64,000 nucleotides of DNA from Sedimentisphaerales bacterium. GTDB taxonomy: Bacteria; Planctomycetota; Phycisphaerae; Sedimentisphaerales; Anaerobacaceae. The notes under the pieces were generated by a model. It saw only the letters and a list, made by a program, of their open reading frames with translations, was not told the origin of the DNA and ran no database searches. The stretch covers positions 32,001 to 96,000 of the forward strand of contig JAXGYC010000011.1 of NCBI GenBank assembly GCA_040772485.1. The letters run 5' to 3'. A program made the translations under genes and the position numbers. This document shows positions 38,395 to 48,686 of this stretch, in pieces; the first letter of the stretch is position 1, and each line of letters starts with the position of its first letter.

Positions 38395-38586
38395 ATGAAT
38401 ATGATCGACTTGACGGAACAGGAGACCACCACCCTCCGGGATGTGGTCGAGAATTACCTGTCGGACCTGCACACCGAGATCTCTCACACAGACGACCGGG
38501 ACTTCCGAGGCGCATTGAGACGAAGGCAGGAGCTTCTCCAAGGCGTTCTGGAGAAACTCGCCCCGCTGGCCGCGCAGCCGGCGTAG
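38395..38586 (+). CDS. Small helical hypothetical protein (63 aa)
   Basis: AGGAG RBS, host-like codon usage, amphipathic helices. Confidence 0.7.
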   Translation: MNMIDLTEQETTTLRDVVENYLSDLHTEISHTDDRDFRGALRRRQELLQGVLEKLAPLAAQPA

Positions 38587-38750
38587 CGAATACGAGGGCC
38601 GTGGCCACGCCGCGCTGGTCACAAAAGTGTAAGCAGAATTTTCCCGGCTCGTGGTGAAACGCCGGCCTTGCGGGTGCATTCTGTTGTTGGTACGAATGAA
38701 AGAATCGTATGGGGGAGATTGACGATGCCTTTGACGGGCCAGAGGCCGGT

Positions 38751-39422
38751 ATGGACAAAATGCCTATGACAACGCGACTGAAAACCGCCGGGTCAAGGTG
38801 GCTTGCTCCGGTGGCAGCGATGCTCTTCTGCGCTGCCGGCCAGGCGGCCACGCCGCTGACGCCATCCGCCCGTAGGCAAACACCCAAGCCAACGGCCAGC
38901 CCGGCGACGCTGACGCGCGATACGGCGTTCGGCGAAGCGATCGACATCCTGCGGAACGCAACCAGCCCTCCACTGAACATCGTCGTGCTCTGGCGGCAGA
39001 TCGGCGACAGCGCGGACATCTACCGCGAGACCCCGATCGGGTTCGACAGCATTCCGGGCCTGCGTCTGGGTCAGTACCTGGACACGCTGTTGCTGTCGGT
39101 CTCGGCGGGCAGCGCCGCCCGGCTGGGATACACCGTAGACGGTGGCGTGATCATCATCGCAACGGTCGACGCCCTGCCCGTCCGCAAGAGCGTGCCGCGC
39201 GTCTACGACGTCACCGATCTGGTGGCCGAACCATCTTACGCACCGAGCCCCGGAACGATGCGAATGATGATGGGCGGCGGAATGATGGGGGGCGGCTACG
39301 GCCAGGGCTATGGCGGTCAGATGGGAGGCTTCGGTCAGGGCCGCGGCGCCGGGTACGGAGGTTACAATTCCGCGTCCGGACTGCCGGGCATCGTCGGTGC
39401 CGTGGGAGGCCGGCGTCGATAG
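38751..39422 (+). CDS. Exported protein resembling a secretin N-terminal (STN-like) domain with a Gly/Met-rich tail
   Basis: Signal-like N-terminus; NIVVLWRQI...TPI...LGYTVDGGVIIIAT...RVYDVTDLV; start uncertain (38751-38766). Confidence 0.6.
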   Translation: MDKMPMTTRLKTAGSRWLAPVAAMLFCAAGQAATPLTPSARRQTPKPTASPATLTRDTAFGEAIDILRNATSPPLNIVVLWRQIGDSADIYRETPIGFDSIPGLRLGQYLDTLLLSVSAGSAARLGYTVDGGVIIIATVDALPVRKSVPRVYDVTDLVAEPSYAPSPGTMRMMMGGGMMGGGYGQGYGGQMGGFGQGRGAGYGGYNSASGLPGIVGAVGGRRR

Positions 39423-39437
39423 ATCCGAATCTGTGGC

Positions 39438-41294
39438 TTAGCCTTCGCGTCTCGCGGCGCGACGCCGGTCGGCTTCCTTAAGGTAACGTTTGCGAATCCG
39501 GATCGATTTCGGACAAACCTCCACCAGTTCATCCTGCTGGATGTACTCCAGGCACACCTCGAGGCTCATCAGGCGGGCCGGACGCACGCGGGCCGCATCG
39601 TCTTTCGACGACGTGCGCATGTTCGTCAGTTGCTTGGTCTTGGCCGGATTGACAGGGATGTCGTTCTCCTTGCAGTGCTCGCCGACGACCTGGCCCTCGT
39701 AGACCTCGTCGCCCGGCCGGACGAAGAACACGCCGCGATCGTACAGCGCATCGAGCGCGTACGCGGTAACCGTGCCGGTCTCGGTGGCGATCATCACCCC
39801 CGCCTGCCGCTGCGGGATCGAGCCGCGCATCGGCTCATACTGCTCGAACGTGTGGTGCATCACCGCCCGGCCCTGCGTGGCGGTGAGGATTCGCGCGTTG
39901 AGGCCGAACAAGCCGCGTGATGGGATCATGAACTCCATGTGGACGTAATCGTTGACGCCGCTTTTGGCGTCCATCTTGGTCATCTCGCTGCGCCGGTTCC
40001 CGATCAGACTCATGACGGCGCTCTGGCACTCGGCCGGGCATTCGATCACCAGCCGTTCGATCGGCTCCTGGCGATATCCTTTGACCATCTTGATGATGAC
40101 CTCCGGCTTGCCCACGCAGACTTCGTAGCCCTCGCGCCGCATGTTCTCCAGCAGAATCCCGAGGTGCATCAGGCCCCGGCCGGAGACGATGTACGCATCG
40201 GCGCTCTCGCCCGGCTCGACCCGCAACGCCACGTTCGTCTGAAGCTCCTTATACAGGCGATCCCGCAGATGCAGTGAGGTGACATACTTGCCCTCCCTTC
40301 CGGCGAAGGGACCGTTGTTGACGTGAAAGGTCATGCTCATCGTCGGCTCGTCGATCGCCACAACCGGCAGCGCGCTCGGCTCATCCGGGCAGGCAATCGT
40401 ATCGCCGATGTCGACCGGGTCCAGGCCCGCCACGGCGCAGATGTCGCCGGCCCGCACCTCCAGCGCCCGCTTCTTGCCCAAGCCCTCGAACTCGTACAAC
40501 TGCACCACCTTCTGCTGGGTGTGGCGCCCCGCCTTGTCGATCACTGTCACCGACTGGGCCTGTGTCAGCCGCCCGGCGAAGACCTTGCCGATCGCCACAC
40601 GCCCAACGTAGTCGGAGTACTCCAGCGTGGTCACCAGCATTTGCAGAGGGCGGTCGGGATCGACTTTCGGGGCCGGCACCGACCGGATGATGGCATCATA
40701 GACCGGCTTGAGATTGCTGTTGGGCTTCGCCAGATCGGTCGTGGCCCAACCCTCCTTGGCTGAGGCGAACAGCACGGGAAAATCCAGCGCCTCGTCGTCG
40801 GCATCGAGATCGACGAACAGGTCGAAAACCTCGTTGACCACGTCATCGGGCCGCGCATCTGCCCGGTCCGCCTTGTTGACCACCAGGATGGGCTTGAGCC
40901 CATGCTGGAGGGCCTTGGTCAGCACGAACCGCGTCTGCGGCATGGGCCCCTCGAAGGCATCGACGATGAGCAGAACCCCGTCGGTCATCTTGAGGACTCG
41001 CTCCACCTCGCCGCCGAAATCGGCGTGCCCCGGCGTGTCGACGATGTTGATCTTGTACTCGATTCCGTCGGTGTCGAAGTACTGAATCGCGCAGTTCTTG
41101 CTCAGGATGGTGATCCCGCGCTCGCGCTCGATGGGGTTGGAGTCCATGATCAGGCCGTACTCGCCGCCGGCCAGCCTGTCCAATTCCTCGTTGCGAAACA
41201 TGCCGGATTGATAAAGAAGCTGGTCCACCAGCGTTGTCTTGCCATGGTCCACGTGGGCGATGATCGCCACGTTACGCACCATCTCAGCGTACAT
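39438..41294 (-). CDS. typA: Translational GTPase TypA/BipA
   Basis: [63 protein letters not shown]. Confidence 0.97.
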   Translation of the reverse strand: MYAEMVRNVAIIAHVDHGKTTLVDQLLYQSGMFRNEELDRLAGGEYGLIMDSNPIERERGITILSKNCAIQYFDTDGIEYKINIVDTPGHADFGGEVERVLKMTDGVLLIVDAFEGPMPQTRFVLTKALQHGLKPILVVNKADRADARPDDVVNEVFDLFVDLDADDEALDFPVLFASAKEGWATTDLAKPNSNLKPVYDAIIRSVPAPKVDPDRPLQMLVTTLEYSDYVGRVAIGKVFAGRLTQAQSVTVIDKAGRHTQQKVVQLYEFEGLGKKRALEVRAGDICAVAGLDPVDIGDTIACPDEPSALPVVAIDEPTMSMTFHVNNGPFAGREGKYVTSLHLRDRLYKELQTNVALRVEPGESADAYIVSGRGLMHLGILLENMRREGYEVCVGKPEVIIKMVKGYRQEPIERLVIECPAECQSAVMSLIGNRRSEMTKMDAKSGVNDYVHMEFMIPSRGLFGLNARILTATQGRAVMHHTFEQYEPMRGSIPQRQAGVMIATETGTVTAYALDALYDRGVFFVRPGDEVYEGQVVGEHCKENDIPVNPAKTKQLTNMRTSSKDDAARVRPARLMSLEVCLEYIQQDELVEVCPKSIRIRKRYLKEADRRRAARREG

Positions 41295-41658
41295 ACACCG
41301 TAATCCTCAGATACATAACCTGCCTGAAATCCGCTACTTGCCTCCGACTCACAACCGAGGCGGAGCCACCCCCACGAGGTAAGCCCAGTAGTGTATCAGA
41401 ATCTTTGCCCATAGGCAACAATATCTGCAAAAAAGCCCGCCCCACAATAGATGCGGATTGACCTGCCCCGTGTCTGGAGGCCGCAAGGCGAGAACGAGTT
41501 GGGAGGGGCATATATCGAACAGATCGTATCATGCGAGGGTCAGGTCAACGAGCAGGGAGCCAAACTGGCTCAGGAGAGGCAACCGCCGCGTCAGTACAGC
41601 AGGATTGTCCGGCAACAAACCAGCGTTAGGTACTGCTACTCGGTACCCGCCGGTGGTG

Positions 41659-41919
41659 TTATGACCGCATGGCCAGCGCAAACAGCTCTGCCGGGGGGCA
41701 AGGCCGACAGCCCAGGCTGCCATGCCGGTGTTCAGGTCGGACTTCGCATGCTTCCAGCAGTCCCCTGGCATCCGCCGCTGCGTCCGATTCGAGTTCTGTG
41801 ATGAACCCTTGAAGGCATTCGCAAGACCAACAAGCCTCCCGCGTGGCAGCCCGTTCCAACTGGTCCAGGAGCGTGCGGATCTGCTCGGCCGTCAGTGATT
41901 TCCCTGCATGCGCGCTCAT
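41659..41919 (-). CDS. Small Cys/His-motif hypothetical protein (86 aa)
   Basis: CWSCEC and HxxLGCxPCPP motifs; plausible RBS. Confidence 0.6.
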   Translation of the reverse strand: MSAHAGKSLTAEQIRTLLDQLERAATREACWSCECLQGFITELESDAAADARGLLEACEVRPEHRHGSLGCRPCPPAELFALAMRS

Positions 41920-42116
41920 CTCGCACCCCCTGGAATGGACGCATCGATTGGCGAATGAGCCACCTCAAACCGCGGCACGCAAATACAACACCACCGGCCC
42001 CTCGGAAGGTATATACGGCCAGGCTTGCAGCGAGGTTCACACCCATCCGGAGGCGTCAAATCCGCCGTGGCCCGCACGAAGCTGTCTTTACATTCGGCCC
42101 TCTTCATGCGAAGCTG

Positions 42117-42743
42117 ATGCGCATGGAACCAAACTGGCTGAAATGGGCGAAGCAAGTGGCCGCACTGGCACAGAACGGCCTGACGTTCTCCAACAATCCG
42201 TACGACATCGAACGGTACGAGCAACTCCGGGAGATCGCGGCCGAAATGATGGCCGACGGGTTCGACCTCGACAAAAAAAGCGTCATCGATCTGCTCTCGC
42301 GGGAAGAAGGCTATGCGACGCCCAAGGTGGACGTGCGCGGCGCCGCTTTTCGCGATGGGAAGATTCTGCTGGTCCGCGAGGCCCTCGACGGCGGCTGGAC
42401 GCTTCCCGGCGGGTGGGCCGACCCGTGCCAGAGCCCGTCGGAGGCGGTCGTCCGCGAGATCTTCGAGGAGTCGGGCTTCGAGGCTCGCGTCTGCAAGCTG
42501 GCGGCGGTCTACGACCGCAGCAAACACCCGCATCTGCCCCCCATCCCGTTCCATATCTACAAGCTGTTCTTCCTCTGCGAGATCACCGGAGGCCAGGCAA
42601 CGGAAAGCCACGAAACGACGGGCGTCGGATTCTTCGCCGAGGACGCCATCCCGGCCCTTTCGATCAGCCGCACCCTGCCCTTCCAGATCGCGCGAATGTT
42701 CGACCACCTGCGCGATCCCGCCCTGCCCACCGACTTCGACTGA
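42117..42743 (+). CDS. NUDIX hydrolase with Nudix_N domain
   Basis: LAQNGLTF...YDIERY, GYATPKVDVR, LPGGWAD...REIFEESG Nudix box; start 42117 or 42123. Confidence 0.92.
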   Translation: MRMEPNWLKWAKQVAALAQNGLTFSNNPYDIERYEQLREIAAEMMADGFDLDKKSVIDLLSREEGYATPKVDVRGAAFRDGKILLVREALDGGWTLPGGWADPCQSPSEAVVREIFEESGFEARVCKLAAVYDRSKHPHLPPIPFHIYKLFFLCEITGGQATESHETTGVGFFAEDAIPALSISRTLPFQIARMFDHLRDPALPTDFD

Positions 42744-42746
42744 CGC

Positions 42747-42878
42747 ATGATCCAGGCCATCGTCACATCCATTCTCTTCGCCAAGCTCCTGGACAAGGAA
42801 CACCCCACCATCCGCTCCGTCGCAGGCAGTGCCATAGTTGTCCTCGGCGCCGTCGCTCTGGTGTACGGTGTGCAATAG
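42747..42878 (+). pseudogene. Probable C-terminal remnant of an EamA/DMT transporter (43 aa)
   Basis: MIQAIVTSILFAKLLDKEHPTIRSVAGSAIVVLGAVALVYGVQ resembles the last two TMs of an EamA repeat. Confidence 0.5.
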
Positions 42879-42957
42879 CCCGACCCTACATGGCCGCTCG
42901 CAGCACGGGCTCACCTGTCAATCCTACCCCACTTCCTGTTCTTCCAGGTCACAGGCA

Positions 42958-44019
42958 TCAGCGGCGCGCCCGACGTGTGCGACGACGCGCGGCTGTCGTT
43001 GCGGCGGGGAGATCCCCAGCCTTCAGCATCTCAACGTTCAGCTCACGCAGGACGTAGTGAATGGGATTGATGATGGTCTTCGCCGGCTCGCTGTCGGACG
43101 CATCGGACCCGGCAAAAAGCAATCCGATGCACTTGTTCTTCAAGTCGTAGACGAGCGATCCGGAATCACCACCGTCAGAGAAGGCCTCCTCGCCAGGCGA
43201 CTGCGAAACGATGATCTGATCCACGAAGGTCGCCTTCTGGAAAAGGTCGTATTTGACCTGAACCGTCGCATAGAGAGCGTGAACGAACCCTTGCGTGTGC
43301 TCGGTGGTTCGTCCTGTTTTGTGAACATCGATTCCGAGGTCCGAGTCGACGAGATGGCGAATCTCGGCAGGCACGCCAACACCAATGTTCTTGGTCTCCC
43401 ACTTGACCTGATCCTGCACCGGCTTGATCGGCGTCGCAATGGCCGCGTCGACGAGGTTTTCGGCGTCCGCGGCGAAGTCGATCGGAACGAAACGCGTCAG
43501 CGTGGCGATCCGATCCTCTGGATCCGTGCCACCATCGTGCGGGCCCGGCTGGAGAATCGCATCTCCCGCCACACCTTCGTTCGAGTTGGCCAGGACGTGG
43601 TTGTTGGACAGGATCACCACGTTCCCACTGTCTTTGTCTTTCACCAGCCCGCCGAGCGTGCCTGCCGTGATGCTCACGTGCCCAATGCTGATCCCACTCG
43701 TCGCCGGGCGCTCCCTCGCCGTGTACTCCAAGGACTGAAACCGGCCCTCCTGCACGTCGGTGATGAACTCAAGCACCCCGCCCGAGGCGCGATCGTCAGG
43801 CAAGCGAAGCACTTTGGGAATCCGGTTGGAAAGCGGCAACCGACGCAGGGAGAGTTTCTTGTTCACGAAAACAGTGATGGCCAGTTCGTCCTTCTGTTTG
43901 CCCCCCACTTGCTTTCTGCCGATTGCATACCCGTTGATGCAATCGCAACGCAGCATGTGAAAGAACTGATTCGCTCCTCGAACAAGATGTTTGTATTGTA
44001 CAAAAGTCGCGCGTGCCAT
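42958..44019 (-). CDS. S1/trypsin-like serine protease with N-terminal prodomain, no signal peptide
   Basis: GGAGG RBS; AGTLG, LSNNHV (His), VDAAIA (Asp), KTGRTT, GGDSGS (Ser). Confidence 0.88.
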   Translation of the reverse strand: MARATFVQYKHLVRGANQFFHMLRCDCINGYAIGRKQVGGKQKDELAITVFVNKKLSLRRLPLSNRIPKVLRLPDDRASGGVLEFITDVQEGRFQSLEYTARERPATSGISIGHVSITAGTLGGLVKDKDSGNVVILSNNHVLANSNEGVAGDAILQPGPHDGGTDPEDRIATLTRFVPIDFAADAENLVDAAIATPIKPVQDQVKWETKNIGVGVPAEIRHLVDSDLGIDVHKTGRTTEHTQGFVHALYATVQVKYDLFQKATFVDQIIVSQSPGEEAFSDGGDSGSLVYDLKNKCIGLLFAGSDASDSEPAKTIINPIHYVLRELNVEMLKAGDLPAATTAARRRTRRARR

Positions 44020-44086
44020 GGCAGACACCTCCCAGTGAAATGACGAACCACGTACGGACTGGGCGGAACACCCACCCGCGCGGTGC

Positions 44087-44308
44087 TCACAGGGCGCGAA
44101 ATCCGGACGTGGTCTCCGTAGCCACGTCAAATCCTTCCAGGTTCTCCGGAATACCAGCGGGCCTCGTCTGGGTCGTAATGTAAACGGTGATACACATCGT
44201 TCCGGGCTTCGTCGGGTGCCGGCCGGCGGCAACTCCCTGAACCCCGGGAACAGCAAGAATCGTCTTGCGATGACGTTCAATCACGTCGCGAATGGATGGT
44301 GTGCTCAT
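44087..44308 (-). CDS. Small protein (73 aa) resembling a free S1-protease prodomain
   Basis: [20 protein letters not shown]...CITVYI...[10 protein letters not shown]...GFRAL parallels the adjacent protease N-terminus (INGYAIG...AITVFV...IPKVL...TDV..GRFQSL). Confidence 0.7.
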   Translation of the reverse strand: MSTPSIRDVIERHRKTILAVPGVQGVAAGRHPTKPGTMCITVYITTQTRPAGIPENLEGFDVATETTSGFRAL

Positions 44309-44703
44309 ACGTGCTCCGATTCCGTTTCAGCGACCACCAGGGCCGCCATCTGCTCGCGCCACTCGTGATGCCGTGGCGATTGCCAAGCGATCTTCGCGCA
44401 ATGCCCCCTGCCGGCACCGGTTGGACAACATGACGCCGGTTGCAGGTGAGGTCGCGGCCGGCTTCTTTTCGAGCGATTATCCTTGGTGCGGGTGTTTCGA
44501 TGATCGTCTCTGATGCGTTCCCAACATCCACATCTTCCAGTCAACAATAGAAATGGTAGCATCGCAGGCCGCCAGATCAAGAAGAAATTGGGGAAATACC
44601 GAGCCACGCACGCGCGATCCGGCAGCCCTGGTGTATCGATAGCCCCCTTCGCACACAGCAGCCGGGTGGACAGTTTGCAGAGAGTGAACACCGACCCTGT
44701 GGT

Positions 44704-44925
44704 TCAGGATTCGGTTCTCTCCGCCTTGGCGGCGATGATGCGACGTGTCCAGAAGTAGTACAAGACGGCACCGACGACGGAGCCGGATACCAGGACCAGG
44801 AACCAAGTCAGTTTGTGCGTGTGACTCTCGAAATCGCGCAGATCGCGGATGAACAGATCGATCAGTTGGATCAGCCAGAACAGGGCTACGATGAGCCCAA
44901 GCAGGTAGAGGAACGACGATAGCAT
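44704..44925 (-). CDS. Small membrane protein, PLDc_N-like
   Basis: WLIQLIDLF...KLTWFLVLV...GAVLYYF pattern; GGAG RBS. Confidence 0.75.
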   Translation of the reverse strand: MLSSFLYLLGLIVALFWLIQLIDLFIRDLRDFESHTHKLTWFLVLVSGSVVGAVLYYFWTRRIIAAKAERTES

Positions 44926-45153
44926 CGTGTCATCTCCGCAGAACTGCCCCTTGTCTCTCAGTGGTCATCCAGACACATTGTCAACCCATGCACAAGGTAG
45001 AGAATACCGCATGTCCCTGATGCACGCAAGGGACGCGTTTGTAGTCTGCCCGTAAGGGCATATTCTCCATTCGATGCGGACAAGGACAAGTCGCAAATCA
45101 AAGTGATACAGCGAACACCTCACAGCGTCACTACGAACAAGCCCATGCGGATC

Positions 45154-45384
45154 TTACGTGTCAGGGTCGGGGTCGGGATCGGGGCCGGGGACGAACTCGA
45201 TCAACTCGCCGGGCGTGCATTGGAGTTCCCGGCAGAGCAATTCGAGCGTGGAGAAGCGAATCGCCCGGGCCTTGTTCGTCTTGAGGATGCTCAGGTTGTT
45301 CACGGCCAGCCCCGTCCGCTCGGCCAAATCCTTGAGCTTCATGTCACGGTCGAGCAGCAGATGGCCCAGTTTGATGCGAATCAT
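45154..45384 (-). CDS. XRE/Cro-C1 (YozG-like) HTH regulator
   Basis: LAERTGLAVNNLSILKTNKARAIRFSTLELLCRELQCTPGELI. Confidence 0.9.
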   Translation of the reverse strand: MIRIKLGHLLLDRDMKLKDLAERTGLAVNNLSILKTNKARAIRFSTLELLCRELQCTPGELIEFVPGPDPDPDPDT

Positions 45385-45394
45385 GAGAGCGTCC

Positions 45395-45904
45395 CTATAC
45401 GAGCGTCTTGGATTCCTGGATGATCGGCAGAATCTTCCGCAATGCAATGCCGATGCCGACAAGGATCAAGGGGGTCGCTATGGCATGGAGCAGCATGAAC
45501 GCAACGGAAATAATTTCGGAAGAACGCCACCGCGATCCGTGGGAGATGGTGCTTGCGGCCAGGCAGACATGTACAACGGTCGAAAAGGCGGCATAAACGA
45601 AAAGGACCTTATCGGCATGTTGGAGAATCCATTTCGGTGCGCCCTCTCCTTCCATGACATACGTGATGAGTTCGGCCAGGGCCAGCGCCAAGAGCCCACC
45701 CAGGACAAGCGACAGCAGACGCCAGAGCGTCATCGCCCCCAGCCAGAACCTCAGCTTGTCGGCTTCCATTCCCGAGAGCATCAGGAATGCAGGTAGCGCC
45801 ACCATCATCCCGGCCAGAAACAGAAACAGCAGGCCATAGAAACGTGCCGCACCCGCACAGAGCCTCAGAAATCCTCGATTCTCGGCAATGAAGCTGGTTT
45901 TCAT
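45395..45904 (-). CDS. DUF2975-like membrane protein
   Basis: Four TMs, C-terminal ESKTLV, directly upstream of a YozG-like HTH (the usual pairing). Confidence 0.65.
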   Translation of the reverse strand: MKTSFIAENRGFLRLCAGAARFYGLLFLFLAGMMVALPAFLMLSGMEADKLRFWLGAMTLWRLLSLVLGGLLALALAELITYVMEGEGAPKWILQHADKVLFVYAAFSTVVHVCLAASTISHGSRWRSSEIISVAFMLLHAIATPLILVGIGIALRKILPIIQESKTLV

Positions 45905-46165
45905 GATCGACTCTCCCAAAACCATATGCCAGAAGTGTGACTCGATACAATCCTAAGCAATAATATATTTACGACTATCATGTATTTGTCAACCTTTTTT
46001 GGCATTTCTTTCCCGGATTTTTTCCGTTCTTTCACCATGCAGGGGCGGTTGTGTCGAGCGGGGAATCTGGTATGCTCCGGCGGTGTAAGAAAAGGCAGGC
46101 TTGGGCCGCTTTCCAGCTTGGTGGCGCCCAGCGTGCCCTACGGATCATTGACACAGGAGGCCTCA

Positions 46166-48649
46166 ATGAACACGTCGCGAATCGCTATCGCAGCAGTCCT
46201 CACCCTGGTTCTTATCTCCAGCCTGTATGGGGCAACGACGGTGCGAGTCGTTTCGACGCCACCGACGGCACAGACCAATGACTTCTACGTCAGCAACCGG
46301 CCGCCTTTGACGCCGGAGCCGCTGATCAAGCTGCCGATCGGAGCGATCAAGCCGGAAGGCTGGGTCCGCCGACAGCTCGAACTCCAGGCCGACGGCTTCG
46401 TGGGCCATCTGGGCGAAATCAGTCAGTTCCTTCGCAAGGACGGCAACGCCTGGCTTTCGCCGACGGGCGAGGGCCACAGCCCGTGGGAAGAGCTGCCCTA
46501 CTGGCTCAAGGGCTTTGGCGACATGGGCTACGTCCTGGGCTACCAGCGGATCATCGACGAGGCCAAGGTGTGGATTGAGGCCGCCATCGCCAGCCGGCAG
46601 CCCGATGGCTGGTTCGGACCGCTCGCCAACAAGGCCAGCGGCCGCGACGAGAACAAGATGCCTGACCTGTGGCCCAATATGGTCATGCTCAACGCCCTCC
46701 AGAGCTACTACGAGTACACGCAGGACGCCCGCGTCATCGACCTGATGCGCGAGTACTTCAAGTGGGAGCTGGCCGTCCCGGACGAGCAGTTCCTTCCGCC
46801 CTTCTGGCAACAGCAGCGAGCCGGCGACAACCTTGCCAGCGTCCACTGGCTGTACAACCGAACGGGCGAGGCGTATCTGCTGGAGCTGGGCGAGAAGATC
46901 CATCGCAACATGGCGCGATGGGATGAAACCATCGCCAGTTGGCACAACGTCAATATCGCCGAGTGCTTCCGCGCACCGGCCACCTTCTATCAGCAGTCCC
47001 ACGACCGGCACCACCTTCTGGCGGCCGAACGGAACTACGCGATGGTCTGGGGCACCTACGGCGAGGTCCCGGGCGGCATGTTCGGAGGCGACGAAAACTG
47101 CCGCAAGGGCTACCACGGCCCCAGACAAGGCATCGAGACCTGCGCCTCGGTCGAGTTCATGCTCTCCTGCGAGATGCTGCTGAAGATCACCGGCGACCTG
47201 AAGTGGGCGGACCGCTGCGAGGACGTCGCGTTCAACACGTTCCCGCCTTCGATGACGGCCGACCTGAAGGGCCTGCACTACCTGACCAGCCCAAACGCCT
47301 GCCAGCTCGACCACACGAACAAGGCCCCCGGCATCCAGAATGGTGGCGAGATGCTCTCGTACAATCCGCACAGCTACCGCTGCTGCCAGCACAACGTCGC
47401 GCATGGCTGGCCCTATTACGCCGAACACCTGTGGATGGCGACGCCCGACAACGGCCTGGCCGCCGTGCTGTATGCGGCCTCGGAAGTCACTGCCAGGGTT
47501 GGAGCGGGCAACGAGGTAACGATCCGCGCACAAACACGCTATCCGTTCGAGGACACGATCCGACTGACCGTTACCACCGAGAAGCCCGTTCAATTCCCGC
47601 TCTATCTGCGCGTGCCCGGCTGGTGCGAGGGCGCTACTGTGAAGGTCAACGGCCAAAAGGTGGAGGTCCCCGCCCGGCCGCAGGCGTACATCGCGCTCGA
47701 CCGTCTCTGGAAGCAAGGGGACAAGGTCGAGCTGACCCTGCCCATGACGATTGGCCTGCGCTACTGGCCCCGAAACGGCGATTGCGTTTCAGTGGATCGC
47801 GGCCCGCTGACGTATTCGCTCAAGGTCGGTGAGAAGTACGTCCGCTACGGCGGCACGGACAAGTGGCCTGCATTCGACGTCTTCCCGACGACCGCCTGGA
47901 ATTATGGCCTCGTCATCGACCCGACCAGGCCGGTCGCAGCCCAGTTCAAGGTGACGGAGCGAAGCTGGCCCGGCGACGATCAGCCTTTCGAAACCGACGC
48001 CGCACCGGTCGAGATGACGGCAAAGGCTCGGAAGATCCCAAACTGGCAGGCGGATTCCCGCGGACTGATCGACGAAGTTCAACAGAGCCCTGTCCGGTCG
48101 AACGAACCGACGGAGACAGTCACGCTGATCCCGATGGGCTGCGCGAGGGTTCGGATCAGCGCGTTTCCGTGGATCGGCGAAGGTGCGAACGCAACTGACT
48201 GGCAACTGCCCTCGGTTGGGGGCGTGGGCAAGATCCCGGCCAAGGCCTCGCACTGCCACGAAGGCGACACCGTCGCGGCTCTGAGCGACGAGAAGCTGCC
48301 GGCCCATTCCAACGACCACGACATCCCGCGCTTCACGTGGTGGCCGCACAAGGGCACGACCGAGTGGGTCCAGTACGATTTCAAGGAGCCGCGCACGATT
48401 CGCGAAGTCCAAGTCTACTGGTTCGACGACGAAGCTGGCGGCGGTGGCTGCCGGGTGCCCCGGTCATGGACACTGCTGCACAAGAATGGAGACGAGTGGA
48501 AGAAGGTCACGAACGCATCGGCCTGCGGCGTGGAGAAGGATAGTTTCAACACCGTGACATTTGACGAGATCACGACGGCGGCCCTGCGCATCGAGGTGCA
48601 ACTCCGCGAGGACTTCTCCGCCGGCATCCTCGAATGGCGCATCCCGTAG
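46166..48649 (+). CDS. GH127-family (beta-L-arabinofuranosidase-like) glycoside hydrolase with a C-terminal discoidin/CBM32-like domain
   Basis: AGGAGG RBS, signal peptide; WEELPYW, HNVN, ETCASVE, CCQHN, LRVPGW, RGPLTY; EWVQYDF...VYWFDD. Confidence 0.88.
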   Translation: MNTSRIAIAAVLTLVLISSLYGATTVRVVSTPPTAQTNDFYVSNRPPLTPEPLIKLPIGAIKPEGWVRRQLELQADGFVGHLGEISQFLRKDGNAWLSPTGEGHSPWEELPYWLKGFGDMGYVLGYQRIIDEAKVWIEAAIASRQPDGWFGPLANKASGRDENKMPDLWPNMVMLNALQSYYEYTQDARVIDLMREYFKWELAVPDEQFLPPFWQQQRAGDNLASVHWLYNRTGEAYLLELGEKIHRNMARWDETIASWHNVNIAECFRAPATFYQQSHDRHHLLAAERNYAMVWGTYGEVPGGMFGGDENCRKGYHGPRQGIETCASVEFMLSCEMLLKITGDLKWADRCEDVAFNTFPPSMTADLKGLHYLTSPNACQLDHTNKAPGIQNGGEMLSYNPHSYRCCQHNVAHGWPYYAEHLWMATPDNGLAAVLYAASEVTARVGAGNEVTIRAQTRYPFEDTIRLTVTTEKPVQFPLYLRVPGWCEGATVKVNGQKVEVPARPQAYIALDRLWKQGDKVELTLPMTIGLRYWPRNGDCVSVDRGPLTYSLKVGEKYVRYGGTDKWPAFDVFPTTAWNYGLVIDPTRPVAAQFKVTERSWPGDDQPFETDAAPVEMTAKARKIPNWQADSRGLIDEVQQSPVRSNEPTETVTLIPMGCARVRISAFPWIGEGANATDWQLPSVGGVGKIPAKASHCHEGDTVAALSDEKLPAHSNDHDIPRFTWWPHKGTTEWVQYDFKEPRTIREVQVYWFDDEAGGGGCRVPRSWTLLHKNGDEWKKVTNASACGVEKDSFNTVTFDEITTAALRIEVQLREDFSAGILEWRIP

Positions 48650-48686
48650 CACTACGCGACCCAGAGGAACCCGATCGCAGGGTGCG

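Noticed and set aside
44305..44691. 128-aa ORF whose stop overlaps the start of the 73-aa gene (ATGA)
   Set aside because: No RBS, motif or convincing composition; cannot be supported as a third member of the protease module, although not excluded.
45017..45040. CTGATG suggesting a hammerhead ribozyme
   Set aside because: The core reads CTGATGC rather than CTGANGA and no GAAA follows stem II; kept only as a generic structured-RNA candidate.
45158..45191. 6-bp repeat encoding PDPDPD at the XRE C-terminus as a phase-variation tract
   Set aside because: Imperfect, in frame and at the extreme C-terminus, so slippage would have little effect.
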